This document shows, piece after piece, positions 25,801 through 39,088 of a stretch of 64,000 nucleotides of DNA. A program made the position numbers and the translations under genes. This stretch comes from Kudoa neothunni (taxonomy: Eukaryota; Animalia; Cnidaria): assembly GCA_964304625.1 (NCBI GenBank), contig OZ199839.1, positions 7,649,166 to 7,713,165 on the forward strand, read 5' to 3'. The stretch's first letter is position 1. The number at the start of each line of letters is the position of its first letter. The notes beneath the pieces were generated by a model that was given only the letters and a program-made list of their open reading frames with translations, was not told the origin of the DNA and made no database searches.

Positions 25801-28800
25801 GAAAGAGAGTGTGGCTGTCGTAGTTTGTGTAACCGATTCGGAACTCTCTAAAACCATTTCATCTTTGAGCACAACCAAACAAATCCACACAAAGTATACT
25901 TATAATGCGTTGGGTTTTTCTCTACGTTAAAGATTAACATTTATACACACTCACAATAATTAATGATACTCTCGCGGAAGTTTTATCAAAACCTAACTTA
26001 ATTTCACTTGCAATTCTACTCAACTCCATGTCGTCATCTTGTGTTGACTTTTTGTCTGGGTCCATTTCGATGAGATTTTTCTCTTTATTTTTGAAAGTGA
26101 TTTTTAATGGTTTAATTGAATCATCAGAAAACTGCTCGTTATCTGTTTTTTGGTCGTCACCACAACCATCATCGTCGTCGGAAAATGCTAAATTTAATAA
26201 TATATATTTACCTAATCCAGTTAGAACCACCTACCAAAACTGTCTCTACGTTTTTTCTTTTGAGTAGCTGCTTTTGAATCGGGACTTTCCTCACTAGAAC
26301 TATCAAATCTAGGTCGACCAATTTTTGAAATGGAATTGAGATCAATTGGTCCAAAATCTTGAGTAATAGAGGTGGAAGATCCAACAGTTTGACCCGTCTG
26401 CGGGCTTGGATTGAATATATCGGGCATGTTGGAATTCGAATCTGGAGAATTTTTATCTAAAACATCAGGAGTAAACAGTAGACATTGCCAATAAATCAAT
26501 AAATATTACCGTTCTCGGCCGTTTTTGGAGGTTTTGATTGATCTGAATTATTTAACTTAGAAGGAATGTAATTAATATGAAAACACTTTCAATATCCGAA
26601 CCAGAAAGCTGCGACTTTTGGGATTTCCTAAAATATACCATGAGAAGATTGATATTGTAAAATTCTATAGAAGGTTTAATTCAGTTGAGTACATACATTA
26701 GATTAAAAAAATATATAATCTTTAGCTATTTGTCAGTTGACAAACACAACAAATAATCAAAGGCTGCTTATAAATTCTAAAGTTGTGAAATATTCAAAAA
26801 ATTTTATTATTTCTAAGACAGCATAAAGGGGATTTAACTGTTAAGGTTGCTAATGAATAATGTTGTTTTAAATATCACATTTCTCAGCTGCTAAATTAAT
26901 TTGTTGTTACCTGCTAGATAACACTGAATAATGATCGATTTTTAAATATAAAAATTACTTCCTAATCTTTAGCCATCTAAATATGACATTTGGGTGGATT
27001 AATCGGTGTAGACGTGTAGATTAAGGTACAATTTTTCGTTTCTTATTTACGTTATATCAAAAATAGTTTACATTTTATTATAATTTTTATTAAGTAATAA
27101 AATCATGAATAATTTTAAAAATGCAGTCAATGAATTATTTTACGCACTTTTTAAATTAAAAATTTAGATCTAGATAATATATAAAGGTGTACATTCGTAC
27201 AACTGCCGATCACGTGTCCATACAATTTACACGTTTTCCCCTGGAAAATTTTGCGGGGAAAGTAAATTAATTGAGTTTAACGGTAAACAAAGTTTAATAA
27301 AATAACTAAAAAATTAAAATAAAACACTTTCGCCATATCCCTCCAAGGGTATCCAATCTGTTATTTTAAAGCATAATAATATTTCAATCTCTAATCGAAT
27401 CTTAAAAACAAAACTAATATTGTTTAAATGTTTAAAAACGCTAATTATTGTCATAATTTCTTTATTTATTTAATAGAATCTAAAAAATTACACATTTCTG
27501 GAAAAAATCGAGTTATCATACTCACGTTATTGAAGAAATATTTATGTTTAAATTATTTCAACAAATTTTACCCAGAATAAAATTATTGATTATTTTTGTT
27601 AATAAACTATTTTCTAGGTAAAATTAATGCGACTCAATAATATTAAATACCTATATATTTTATTACATGGGCGTGCGAAAATGTGTAAACCGGTTATTTG
27701 TGGTATTTTTTAAATATTTGATCATTAATTTACGGTAATTATTTTTATAAATGAATAAAACAGAAAACAACAATGATATAGAAAGTTAAATTTAATTATT
27801 GTAACATCAAAATCTTCTAAAGTCAAAATCATATTTAGGAAAATGAAAACAATTATTCATACAAACGATGCAACTAATTTAAACATGTTGCGAATCAATA
27901 AATCAACTAATCAAAATCATGCACAAATTTTATTAAACTTAATTATTAAATTAACGTTAAAATTAAAAATGTATCAATATTTTCTATTTTTAATATAAAT
28001 TGAGATAATAATAATGATATATTAAAGTCCATATCATATTACTTTGGTGTCCATTAAATTATTTTAATATATTACCAACAATACATATAGTTTTCGATTA
28101 AATGTGGAAATATAAAAAATATTTAACTTAAAATAAAAATAAATATTTTCTACAATTTTTGACTTCAGTATAAATATTTATTTGCTCTGCGCCAAAAACA
28201 TCACGATTTTTCGGTATTGGGTAATATATTAATTAGAAAAAATTAATTTTTATATATTCGCTATATTCGACAATCTTACGGAGAATTTAAAGCGAGGAAC
28301 ACGTCAGATTATTGCGTAATTATGTAATTAATACCGACGTTTAACTCTCGAATACCTGGGGGTGACCACTATGACCAATCAACGCTTATTATTATATTAA
28401 TAATTTTTAAAAAATATTTGATTCCCTTTGTGTATTTTATAGTATAATGGTGCTCTTAAAAACATTTAAATAATGGAGTTTTACATTTAATATTTTTGCT
28501 TAAAATTCAAAAAATAGAAAAAGTTACACGAATACCGTCACATGACCACCTTATAAATAATAACATTTAGATAGTTAAAATATATAAAAAAGCTTTTCTG
28601 CAGTAATATAAACATTATAATTAGAGGCCTTAATTTTCGATTAAAATCGATAAACGTCGAATTTTTAAAAATATTTCTACGTTTTCGGTTACAATCAAGG
28701 TAATCCGTACAATATTTTTCGTTTTATTATGGACTGAAAAAGTAGACGAATTGACAATTATATAGCCGAATAAATAGATTCAAATGAGGAAATTGATCTA

Positions 28801-31800
28801 AAAAATATACCAAAATTTGATAACGCGGATCAACGAGAAATTCCACAACAAGAGTTGTTGAAACTCTCACCTTATAGAAATGATAAAATGATAGGTTCTG
28901 GATTTTAAAGAATAAAAAAATCAAAGTATTTCATATTGTCTAGGGCAGGCTAATATTTGGTGCATAGATCGCTATCACCTACAGCTATGGAAAGAAGTTT
29001 CTAAAAATTAAATCATTTTCTCAAAAGCTATACAATGAATCTAGCGTTTGAACGAATGAGAATGCTTTAAATAAACGTCGAATTTTTTAAAAATAGTCGT
29101 CGAAAATTACGGTCTCTAATTATAATTGGACTTTGAAGCGAGGAATTTTTTTTGTTTCTATAACAAATTGATACTTTCAACTAATTTAATCTGGTATGGG
29201 GATCGCGCATATTATAATGATTTTGTTAAATTATATATTAAAAAAAAATAACGAGTGAAATATAGTTGTTTAAAATTTAGTTTAGACCTTCTTATCATAA
29301 TTTAAAAATTCAAAATCCAGAAATCCATGGACTATATACATTTAACATATTTCTGTCAATAGGGGAAAATATTTCATAAAAAAATCTTGTGTTAGAACAA
29401 TAATAATAATAAAACAGTTTATCTCTAACCTTACACGCTATTCGAAATATATACAAGCGCAATTCACAATTATTTCTGTTCCTCGCATTTGCGCAAACAA
29501 ACGTCACAAAAATGCTTCATTAATTTATTTTTATTAAATTTGTTATATTTTAAAATGTAAAAAATAACATAAATAATTATTTTCTCAACCTTAAATGCAA
29601 AGATTTTTATTATGTTAATGTATTTTTACGTGTGGTCAGGATGGCCACCTTCCGATATTCGTGTAACTTTATTCCTCATGTGTTCGAGGGTTAAGCGCTG
29701 TAGTATAAATGAAAATACCCTTTCTTCGAAGACCGTTCCGAGTGTTCTTCTAATTTAAGTTCGACTAAACCAATTGTGAAAAATCACAAAACAAGCTCGA
29801 CATTATAACCAGCTCTGTCAACTTTTGCGTAAACCTCATCCTTATTCACTCTTACTATGGAAAATATATTCGAATTTTATCAATTCACATCATCATTACC
29901 AAGTGGCACAACACCTTTGTTTTCATAGAATTCATCAAATATAATAGATGACGCTTTGTTAGTGAATTCAATCAATTTTTCTAATTCCTAACGCCAAATA
30001 AATTGGTATTATGGCGATTATCACACACAGTAGAGATCATACATTTTTATTATTCTCACAAACATTCATTTGAACTGAACTATATGTCTGCAGATGGGAT
30101 GAGATTAGGGATAGGTAAGAGATAGAGAATTGATGAAGGACCTAATAATGTCGAGATTATAAAATTGTTAATAAATGAAATTCGTAGATCAATGCATCCA
30201 TCAATTTAACAATAAAATTGTCCAAATTTGTCTTCGTCTATATACGAGATCGGAAAATCGATGAAATAATATATAATAATTAGTTATGATATTAATACTA
30301 TTTGAAATGAAAAATTATTGATAAAAAACTGATTTCTAAAAACTAATAAAAGAATTAAATTTTTATTATTTTTCGAATTTTAATCGCTGGCTGTTCGCAA
30401 TTAAAAGTAATAATATTATTTAGTCAAATTTCAAAATATTAACCTTCTAAATAGCAGAAAAATTTACACCCTCCGAATATCAAATAAAATTCAGCATTGA
30501 CTGGAAAAATATGGGGGATTCATCGAGTAAATGTCCAATTATTAAAGATATATTCTAAGTAGGCATGTGCGCATATTAACGTTGTTATATTTATATGGAG
30601 TATGATTGTGTTTGTAGGTGTATTACTGCAATTTTTTGGTTTTAACATTTAATTCAAGTTTATAACAGCTGCCAATTAATTTAACTTGTTTAAACAACGA
30701 AATGTAAAAATGCGCAGAAAAACACAAAATGATGGAAAATAGTGCTTAATTACCAAAAAAGTTATCATATATGGTTTTAAACTCTTTCTAAAACACGAAA
30801 GTTGTCAAAATGTTAAACAATTTTATCATATGTTGTTGAATTCTGTCTAAAACACAAAACTAAGAAAACTAATGAAGAGTCATCATATTTTAAATTACTA
30901 GTACAAAAATCATCAGAATATGAGGAGTTATCGCTGTATTCAGGAAAGGATAACAAACTTATATCGATGTCACGTATGCATACGGGAATCGCGCGTATAA
31001 TGTTTCGTCATTTTTTCATTATTTACTCGATAGAATTTCCGGGAATTTTTAAAAATTACTTTTCCGATATATGACAAAAAAATCAATTCGTTTTTTTGAA
31101 AGCTTTCATAAATATAAAAGATCGAGAAACTGGAGAGAAGTTATGTTCCATTAATACGCTATAATATCATTGGCAAAATTCACTTGGGGTAGAAATCTAT
31201 CCCATTTTACTTAAAAGGTTAAATATGATTTACTGTTTATGTTTTATTATTATTATTATTATTATTAAAAGCAATTAAATATGAGTGGAATATTTGTCTT
31301 TTAATTTAAAATTAAAAGACAAATTTTGCTGAACTGGTTACGCACTAATTGGATAGGGATAGGAGACATGTATTTTTTTATTATCTTAAAATAATTATCG
31401 CTTGCTAATTCAATCGCAAGAAGGATTGCATTCAATCAGAAAGTTACTTTAAGGTTTTCCTCATGATCTGAATCAATTTTATCGACAGCGTTATTATATT
31501 TTTCAATCTGAGCATTTATATTTTTTTCTAAAATCCGGTTGAAAATTTTCTACTGAGATTCGTGTAAAGAATTACGCATTTTTGTGATTTTCTATATAAA
31601 ATTAACTTTCAAACAAAAAGAACGATGTGAGTACCGATTCGTTTGTGCTTTCGCTCAAAGATTGTTGTAGCTTTTCAGTAGCCAAATTGCAAGCAGCCTA
31701 AAAACCGTCACAAAATCCTAATAATAGAATTACCATCGATATAGCTCTGGCTTTTTGCTTCAGCTTGCTTGAAGCGTTGCTCATGCGAATCACTGTTTGA

Positions 31801-32295
31801 AGTGGTTCTTTTTTTAATAATTTTTTAACTTCATACTCCACATTTTTCAATTTTTCAAAAACTGAATCGATATTTCCAACCGAAATCTGGAATTCGGTCC
31901 TATTTTTAATGTGATCCACGATAAATTTGTCAAAATAGCTGAAATTTTCACTAAATGAGGAGTTTAATTATAGCTGTTAGTATAGGGAGTAGAGATACTT
32001 CTCCTTGATATAACCATCACATAATGTGATAATTTTTTTGTTGGTTGCCTGTGTGATCTTAACACTAGATTTTTCAGCAAGTTAAAATCAAATTCATACA
32101 GAAGACTCTTTATAATCTCAAAACATACTATTCACTCATGAATCTACGCAATCTCGTACACATTTCTGGATACTGTGAGCATTGCTTGGCTAGGTCGGAA
32201 AAATGTTCGTATATCTCTCCCTGTATTTTTAGAAGTGGTCAATTTAGGTGATTTTTAACATGGCGTTTTACTTTGAACGAGTTGAGGTAATCCAT
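19814..32295 (-). CDS. FCHO: FCHO1/2-type muniscin (F-BAR, disordered linker, mu-homology domain); 25 coding exons, about 900 aa
   Basis: Frame is continuous through 24 GT-AG introns, including long ones at 31447-30142, 29718-26628 and 25287-20975. MDYLNSFK|GE resembles FCHO2 YFVENFWGE. FDEFYENKG resembles KFAESKG. VPLSFAAIDTINF..EPQVSVFG marks the muHD start, followed by WLVWNIGQI. C-terminal YSLNVFKKKINTASY resembles YRLSLIKKRFATGRY. Confidence 0.85.
21090..23569 (+). mobile_element. Degenerate pogo-family element inside the 4.3-kb FCHO intron
   Basis: TA-CAGTAGTTAACCGATTTTTCGC ... GCGAAAAATCGGTTACCTGCTG-TA. Remnant VTMDFCNQC*EK resembles the pogo TIxNCWxK motif. Confidence 0.75.
21404..22453 (-). 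mobile_element. Non-autonomous hAT element nested in the pogo element
   Basis: TIRs CAGCATTGCCAAC and ATTGGCAGCGTTG. 8-bp TSD gatacttg/ggtacttg. Minus-strand NASPER*FS is an hAT dimerisation-motif remnant. Homologous to 46419-47160. Confidence 0.75.
27124..27703 (+). mobile_element. pogo-family MITE homologous to 2482-3010, inside an FCHO intron
   Basis: cagtcaatgaattattttacgcac ... gtgtaaaccggttatttg ends. Shares internal blocks with the copy at 2482. Confidence 0.6.
28345..29690. mobile_element. Non-autonomous piggyBac-type element in an FCHO intron
   Basis: TTAA on both sides. TIRs CTCTCGAATAC and CCCTCGAACAC. Subterminal gtgaccac/gtggtca motifs. Confidence 0.75.
28622..29118. mobile_element. 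hAT MITE nested in the piggyBac-type element
   Basis: TIRs TAGAGGCCTTAATTTTCGA and TAGAGACCGTAATTTTCGA. Perfect 8-bp TSD attataat. Confidence 0.85.
30443..31218 (+). mobile_element. Deleted piggyBac element in an FCHO intron
   Basis: TTAA-CCTT...AAGG-TTAA ends. Remnant LYSGKDNKLISMSRMH resembles the piggyBac WKDNKxVxxLSTxH motif. Confidence 0.65.
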
Positions 32296-33259
32296 TTTCT
32301 CAGGCCGAAACCGAAATGTTTAGTAATCTCTGACGAGAAGAATCGACTCAGAAATCTGTAAATATCAATAATCAATATGGTTGGCTGCACGCTCTTAGTT
32401 GATAAAAAATTGTTAGTGTGTATATAGGTTACTCAGCGAGAATTGGACATTTAATAGACAAATAGATTAAGTTTGTGATATATTTATTCAATTAATGATT
32501 GTGTATGCTAATAATCCTCTTATAGCATTCATACACAACAAACGTCATTATATTGTCATTATCATAGTTTGGCAACGCTATCATACAGCCTATCGTGTTA
32601 ATTATCAAACTATTACGTCTAGTATTTATAGATAAAAATACGTATCACATCTGAGGAAATGCAAGAAATATTTTTTTAAACCTTCTTTGTGTAAAATGAC
32701 ATCTTTTTCGATAGTTTACATAATTAAATATTTTGCTTGGTTAAAAATATTTAATTATAAATCAATTAAAATTTTAATCTCTTTTTTAGAAAACATAAAT
32801 GAAAGAATTAATTTACATATTTAATACTAGAGAAAAATTCACAGCTTTATCCATGAATGGAAATATTTTGAATTGAAAAATAAACTTATACTTTTAGTTG
32901 GATCGTAGAAAATATTTTAATTCATTCATAGGAAGAATTAAACTAAGAATATTTAAAATATTCTACTTTTCAGAATTGTGATGAGCTAAATTAAAGTTAA
33001 GATTATTTTAGAAAGATCATCGTAAAAATGACAAAAACTATAGAGCTATAAGATTACTTACGGAAATTAATACCACTTTATCTGGTATAAATTATAATAC
33101 ACTCTATATATTAAACGCCCGCATAAATGTAAATATCACTCTAAATAATTTCAGTATCTATATAATTTAAAATTAGAGCGATTGCATTAATTATAATATA
33201 TGAAAATTCAATTTAACGGGTGTCTTCAATGAGATCTCACGGTGCAACCCTATTTTTAA

Positions 33260-34273
33260 CCCTTTGGAGCACCCATGGGGTCAGATGGACCCGATATTGA
33301 ATTAATTTCGCCTATACTCTTATATGGAGTCATCTTGTGTGTTGAAACAATTTTTAACTGTGATAATGGCAGTTCGAATTTGTCAGATATGGGGTGTTGT
33401 TGCTAAAACTTTTGTTATGATAATTTATTGATTGAAAAAAAGTGATAATAAATTCAGTTCTGAATATTGTTAAATAAAAATTAAGATGATTCAATTACAA
33501 ATGGTTCAACATGAGAAATTATTAAGTCTAACGATAAGAGGCTTCGTGGTAAAAGTTCCGAATAATTTGTTTACCCTGTAAAATCATTTTCTAAAAAAAG
33601 GAAACACGATATTATCAAATATAAACACATAATCGATATTACAGAAACTGACACTTATAGTTAATTTTTGGCGGATACAATGTTAAACAGTATAATTAGC
33701 CATACAAATAATTCCCCCAAAAACTTCCATAAATTATTTCATTCGCCAAAGGGAGGAATAGACACAGTTAGTCAAATATTTGTTAATTATTTAAATTATC
33801 GAACAATTAGAAGACGGCCAGCGGTTAGGTTCCACATTTTATTAGATATAGTGTCAATAAATACACATGTATTACATTGTATGAAAGCAGAAAACCCAAT
33901 TCGATAAAAAGGCTTCTTGACATAGTTACACACGCAACATAAAGAAGGAAAATCAATAGAAAAGGTAATACTGATTATATATTCGTTTAAAGATTCTATA
34001 GAAGCAATAAATATAAATTTCATGCACTAATTCATCCTTATTTAAAAAACCAATGTCATCTCAGTGTTCGTCAAAATGAAAGAAAAACGAGAACTACATG
34101 CCTTAACTGCTTAAATTCGTTTTGCAAATAACGTTCCAACATTTTACTTCATAAATGTGTTAAAAATTAAATATTTGCAATGTTATGTTACGAAATAAAC
34201 CAATTTTACCGCCTGAGGTCCATTGGACCCCAAGCGTGCGTTCGAGTAAGTTTTTTGCGCGTGCCTCGGAAGG
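33260..34273 (+). mobile_element. Internally deleted piggyBac element
   Basis: TTAA on both sides. Subterminal ggggtc..atggaccc inverted repeats. Remnants IISHTN, KGGIDTVSQ, RTIRRRP..FHILLD..INTHVL and a Cys-rich tail. Confidence 0.8.
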
Positions 34274-34364
34274 TTAATTAAGTTTCAATCTATCCGATTA
34301 TAATATACTCCATCAAAATATCATTATTTATGCAATTTATAAACCCTTGGTTATATTTAAAGTC

Positions 34365-35369
34365 GGTTAAAATACGGTAGGTATAAGGACACTTTTAGGC
34401 GCCGCTCAGAGGTGTTCGCGATTTGGCCAGAAATATGAATTTGACTTCATTATTTACTGGCGATAGGTTTCTAGAAGATCTTTTTAAGGTTAAAAATTGT
34501 AATAAAAATTAATTGAATTTTACAACATGTTTAGTCGATTCCTAAAACGAGGGATTATGTCATTGAAACAGTTAAACATAATGGATGGCCATGCGTTTCG
34601 ATCTTATCAATGAAAGAAACGGGTTTAAATTAAGATAGCTTCCAATTTTATGGTGCCAAATTGTCATTATGAAAAATATTGTTCATAATGTATTTGAAAT
34701 TAATGACATATTAGTGAAACAAACAAAAATATCGCCACGAGAAATCATATGTGGATGGAAAAACTACATAAGAGAAATTTATATGGAATATTTCATTATT
34801 CACGGGTCCCCTATTGATGATGATGTTGATGTGATTGAGAAAATAAACAAATCTCAAGTTTGTAAACAAAAATAACATCTTATGAGGGTCCTCATAAACC
34901 AGAATATTAGGATCGTAGCGGGATTAATTCTAGTATCTATTTTTACCATGTGGTTGTTGAGAAACGCATCCAAGTCGTCCTTGAAGAAATAATAACTCAA
35001 AATTGTAAGAGAGATTAACTCTGTGAACGGACAAATGACCTTCCTATCATAATTTAACCCATTTATTTTATGTTAACAGTTGCAAGGAACATAGTGTTAA
35101 GTTGGAAACTGTCAAATGTGTACCTATATATCGAATAGAAGCAATTTAAGATTTAATCAAACGCAAATTCAGATGCATCACCAATATAAAATCGGAATTG
35201 TTGCCCTCTAATTATGTAAATTGTTAAAAAATGTCCTCTTAAAATATTTTATTAATTTTCTTTAGAATAATTAATGGATTCCATTTACATTGCCTTACTC
35301 TATGCGTTTTATTTCATATTCGATATGTAGCGATAGATACCGAAAAGTGTCCTTGCGCTGTATTTAACC
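34365..35369 (+). mobile_element. Degenerate Merlin element
   Basis: TIRs GGTTAAAATAC..AAGGACACTTTT and AAAAGTGTCCTT..GTATTTAACC. 9-bp TSD tttaaagtc/tttaaagcc. VIEKINKSQVCKQK resembles VEIDESKFGKRK. Confidence 0.75.
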
Positions 35370-36620
35370 TTTAAAGCCATATATAAAACTTTCAAAATTT
35401 ATTTATCAATTCAAATATATTTAAAATCATGATACATGATATAGGGAATGTATTTGCGTTCAGTCATAATGTGATTCGCCTATTTTTATATCAAAAGGGA
35501 TGAAATTGTTGTATCAACGGATGCTTAGAACATATAAGGAGGAATGTCAGTTTCAACTTATTATCATTTTGAAATGTGTCGATTTGAATCCTATTGTCGA
35601 AATCGTATAATCCGTTTAACAAACTTAATACCTATTAAATCAGTATTTTCTCAATATTTTTGGAGTTTTTGATGATGTAATGAAAATTTAAATTTTTTTG
35701 TAATATCGAAAACTATTGAAAATTCCATAATTGTCTGCCTGTAGGTGGAAATTATTTATTACGCTTGCGTAATTATCTGTACAAACAAATAATCTTCGTT
35801 ATATAGCAGCTGCATTTAACACTTAAGAATATGTTTAAAAAATTGAATTTCATTTGAACTTAAAGTTTCTATAGTAACAGTAGGTAACCGAAAGTACGAA
35901 CTTTCATCAATACGACGTATTCAAAATGTATATTAGATGACACGTTTCATAATAATTTATGATTGTAAAATGGTAAAGTCCTTAAAATATTTTTGAATTA
36001 AACTAGGAAATTACAAATCTGCCGTGTCACGTGGCTACATGATGGCACGTAGATTTTATTTTTGTTTATTGGAAACGGTGGTAAAATTTTAATTTTAACG
36101 GATGAATTTTTGTATGAATATTAGAAATAAAGGACAATTACACCAAAATGTGTCTAAAAGCGCAATAATAATAATAATAATCTCCATTAGACATTTGACA
36201 GTACACGCTACAGTAATGGATCGGTCGTAAGTAATCCCCTTGGGGATGGGAAAATGGTACGTACTTTTTACGCGTGCACGCGAAAATATTAAGACACCTA
36301 AACTAACGTGAACTTGAATAATAATTAATAGACAGTTATTTTTTGACACGGAAGTTTTTAATCCAAAATGGCAACTATGCTTGCGCAATGTTCACTTTTA
36401 TTCCCGTCAACTCCTGTTTATGGTTGATCTATAAAGTCTATTTTTTTAGAATCTGCTGTATTTAATTATATCCACCTGGACATTATGATCGTGTCAATAG
36501 CCACTTGAATAAACATCCGAAATAGATTCAAATATTAACTCCCACATCTTTGGGTCATGATGTTTAAAATAATTCCCAAGATCTTCTAAATAAAATAAGG
36601 CCGGCTTTGAAAGGTTCATT

Positions 36621-38436
36621 GGTAAAGGAGACGGCTACTTGATTTATTTTCGCCGATTCTTTCACGGTTGTATATAATAAAATAAATATAAATGAATATC
36701 GAGAGGAAGAATTCAGATAATTATGATATCTAATTTTGTTGCAAAATCCTTAACACAACACCATCGGTACACGTGAAATCATCGTTAAATTTCCAATAAC
36801 CAATGAAAACATAATTTATTTAGTATACGCTAATTTCTAAGTTTATTATGAGCCATAGTATCAATTTTAGTAATTCTTCGTTGCATTGAAATAACAAAGT
36901 ATAAAATATTTAAGCTAGTAATTTATCAAATTTCCCGCGCGTTTGAGAAAATGAGTTCTTCGAGTTTCTTTCACGATGAAGATTTTATTATTGATTTATA
37001 ACCCCCTTAAATTGTTTAATATACTTATTGATAACAAACATTTGTTTCCTTTTTCTTTTAGGTGTAACAATTGCTACAATTTCAATTGTTTTCACTCACC
37101 CATAGGAATCTAAAACCTAAAAGGTCAATGTGTAAAATAAAATCATATGAAAAAAATGATACAAATTATCCATTTGGTTATTTTTGTCAAAATCCACTAT
37201 TACGGGCCTAAATACAAGTTTCACAATTCGAAGCTGGAAAACTAAGGTATCTCCTCAAAGTAGAACTTCTGTTTGGTTCGAATTTGTTTCATCACTTCCC
37301 AAACATAACTAACGGTGGAGAAAATATACAAGATTATTTACAACTGGGGTATGGATGAAACAAGTTTATCTGTCTCCGAAAATATTGGTGTAATCACAAA
37401 AGCAGCGGGATATGATTTAAAAAATTGAGAATATTCGTGCTTCTAATTTTCATATACGTAAACCATTTGATGGTAAAGAGAATTTTATTGAAGTCAACAA
37501 AATAATCTTTCACGGCAAGCAGAAAAATTATCGGCCAGTGACCGACCGGTACATTAAATGAAATTTTTTGAAAACTATAGCGTGCCAATTATTTATCAAA
37601 TTATATGTCGTAATAACTGATTCATTTAAATAATTTTTATAACAATTTATTGTGAATAAAGAATTAATGTTAAGTTATAATATAGTATGAAACCAACTGG
37701 TAAATAGTAAAATATTATAGAAATATTGAAAACCACAATTGTATGTAAATTTTTAGAGGAAAATTTACAAATTATAACAGAAGACTTAAAATAAAATAAT
37801 TATTTTAAAAACTATAAGAAATGATTGGACATTCAATTTAAAGATCGTATGTATCAAAAAGAGTAAGTGACATGTGTAATATATGTTCAACAATATATCA
37901 TTTAATTACGATTCATATTTCTCATTTTGTTCTCTATAAATATCTTTTATAAACAATGGTCCTTCAAAAATTATTTTCTACAATTGTTATTTTAGAATTA
38001 TTAAGTGTAATGAAGTTCGAAGATTGCTCATATTATCACTATAAAAATTTAATGGTAAAATTTTTATGATATAATGATTATAATTTTTTTTATAATTGAG
38101 ATAAATTAACTAAAAAAATTTATAAACTAAAGTAAATAACAATTGATCGTAAAATTATTTAGAAAAGTTCAAAGTCGATGTACAACAAAAATAGAGAAGA
38201 TAATTTAAAAGTTAGTGTATAAAAAATAAAGCGTGTTTTCATTGGTTATTGGAAATTTAACGAAGATTTCACATGTACCGATCGTGTTGCATTAGGGATT
38301 TTGTAACAAAATTAGATTTCGTAATTATCTGAATTCTTCCTCTTGGTATTCATTTATTTTATTATAAACAACCGTGAAAGAATCGGCGAAAAAAACTATG
38401 CGCAAACGGGTGTTTTTGAGGCGCCACATCCTACCC
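36621..38436 (+). mobile_element. Non-autonomous long-TIR (about 200-230 bp) DNA element, copy 1
   Basis: 36645-36840 is inverted at 38200-38395. The whole element is homologous, in inverted orientation, to 59492-61197. Confidence 0.8.
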
Positions 38437-38441
38437 TATTA

Positions 38442-39088
38442 CAGTCAAACCTCGATATTGCGAAGTAAATCGGGGATTCAATTTTACTACGTAATACAAA
38501 ATTAGTACGCAATACCGATGCTCGCACATGCGCACCCGCACCCGCACCGAAAGGGAATTGTGTATTTTTATGATTTAACCTATTTTTTAAGCATAAAATC
38601 CAGAAATGAAAATATGAGTTAATTGTTAAATGAGGTTTCTTTTTATTTTTTGTGAAAAAAGTCCGTTATGGTAGTTTAGAGTTCTCTTTTTTTTAGTATT
38701 GAGATCAGTCGGTCCATTACAGGGTGTAGGTCGAATAAACCTTCAGGTTCTTCTGCGATAAAAGTTTCCCTTAAAGTTTTTATTTCTTCCCTAATTTTCT
38801 TTGTAGGGACCTTTTTATAGCTTTGTCTGTTTCATCCTTTTCATTATCAGATATATCATCTATGTCGCTATTAATGACGGGAGAGGAGTTTGCTTCATAG
38901 TGAACTTTTTCGTTAATTTCAGAAGATGATACATCATCAAATGAGTCTAGTTAATTTTAGAAAAATAATTTTTGATAAAATACCTTCATTAATGTTATCA
39001 TATTCTTGAATAGTCGTTGATGCTTTCAAACATATATTTATAATTTTAATCAAAAATGATCTTCATCAAAACACCTGACTTTTTAAAA
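38442..39088 (-). mobile_element. 3' part of a second pogo/Tigger family
   Basis: TA-CAGTCAAACCTCG TIR. Minus-strand FKKSG, an acidic linker with a 37-nt intron (38983-38947), and a PIP-box-like *TTITDFFHKK tail. Confidence 0.7.
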
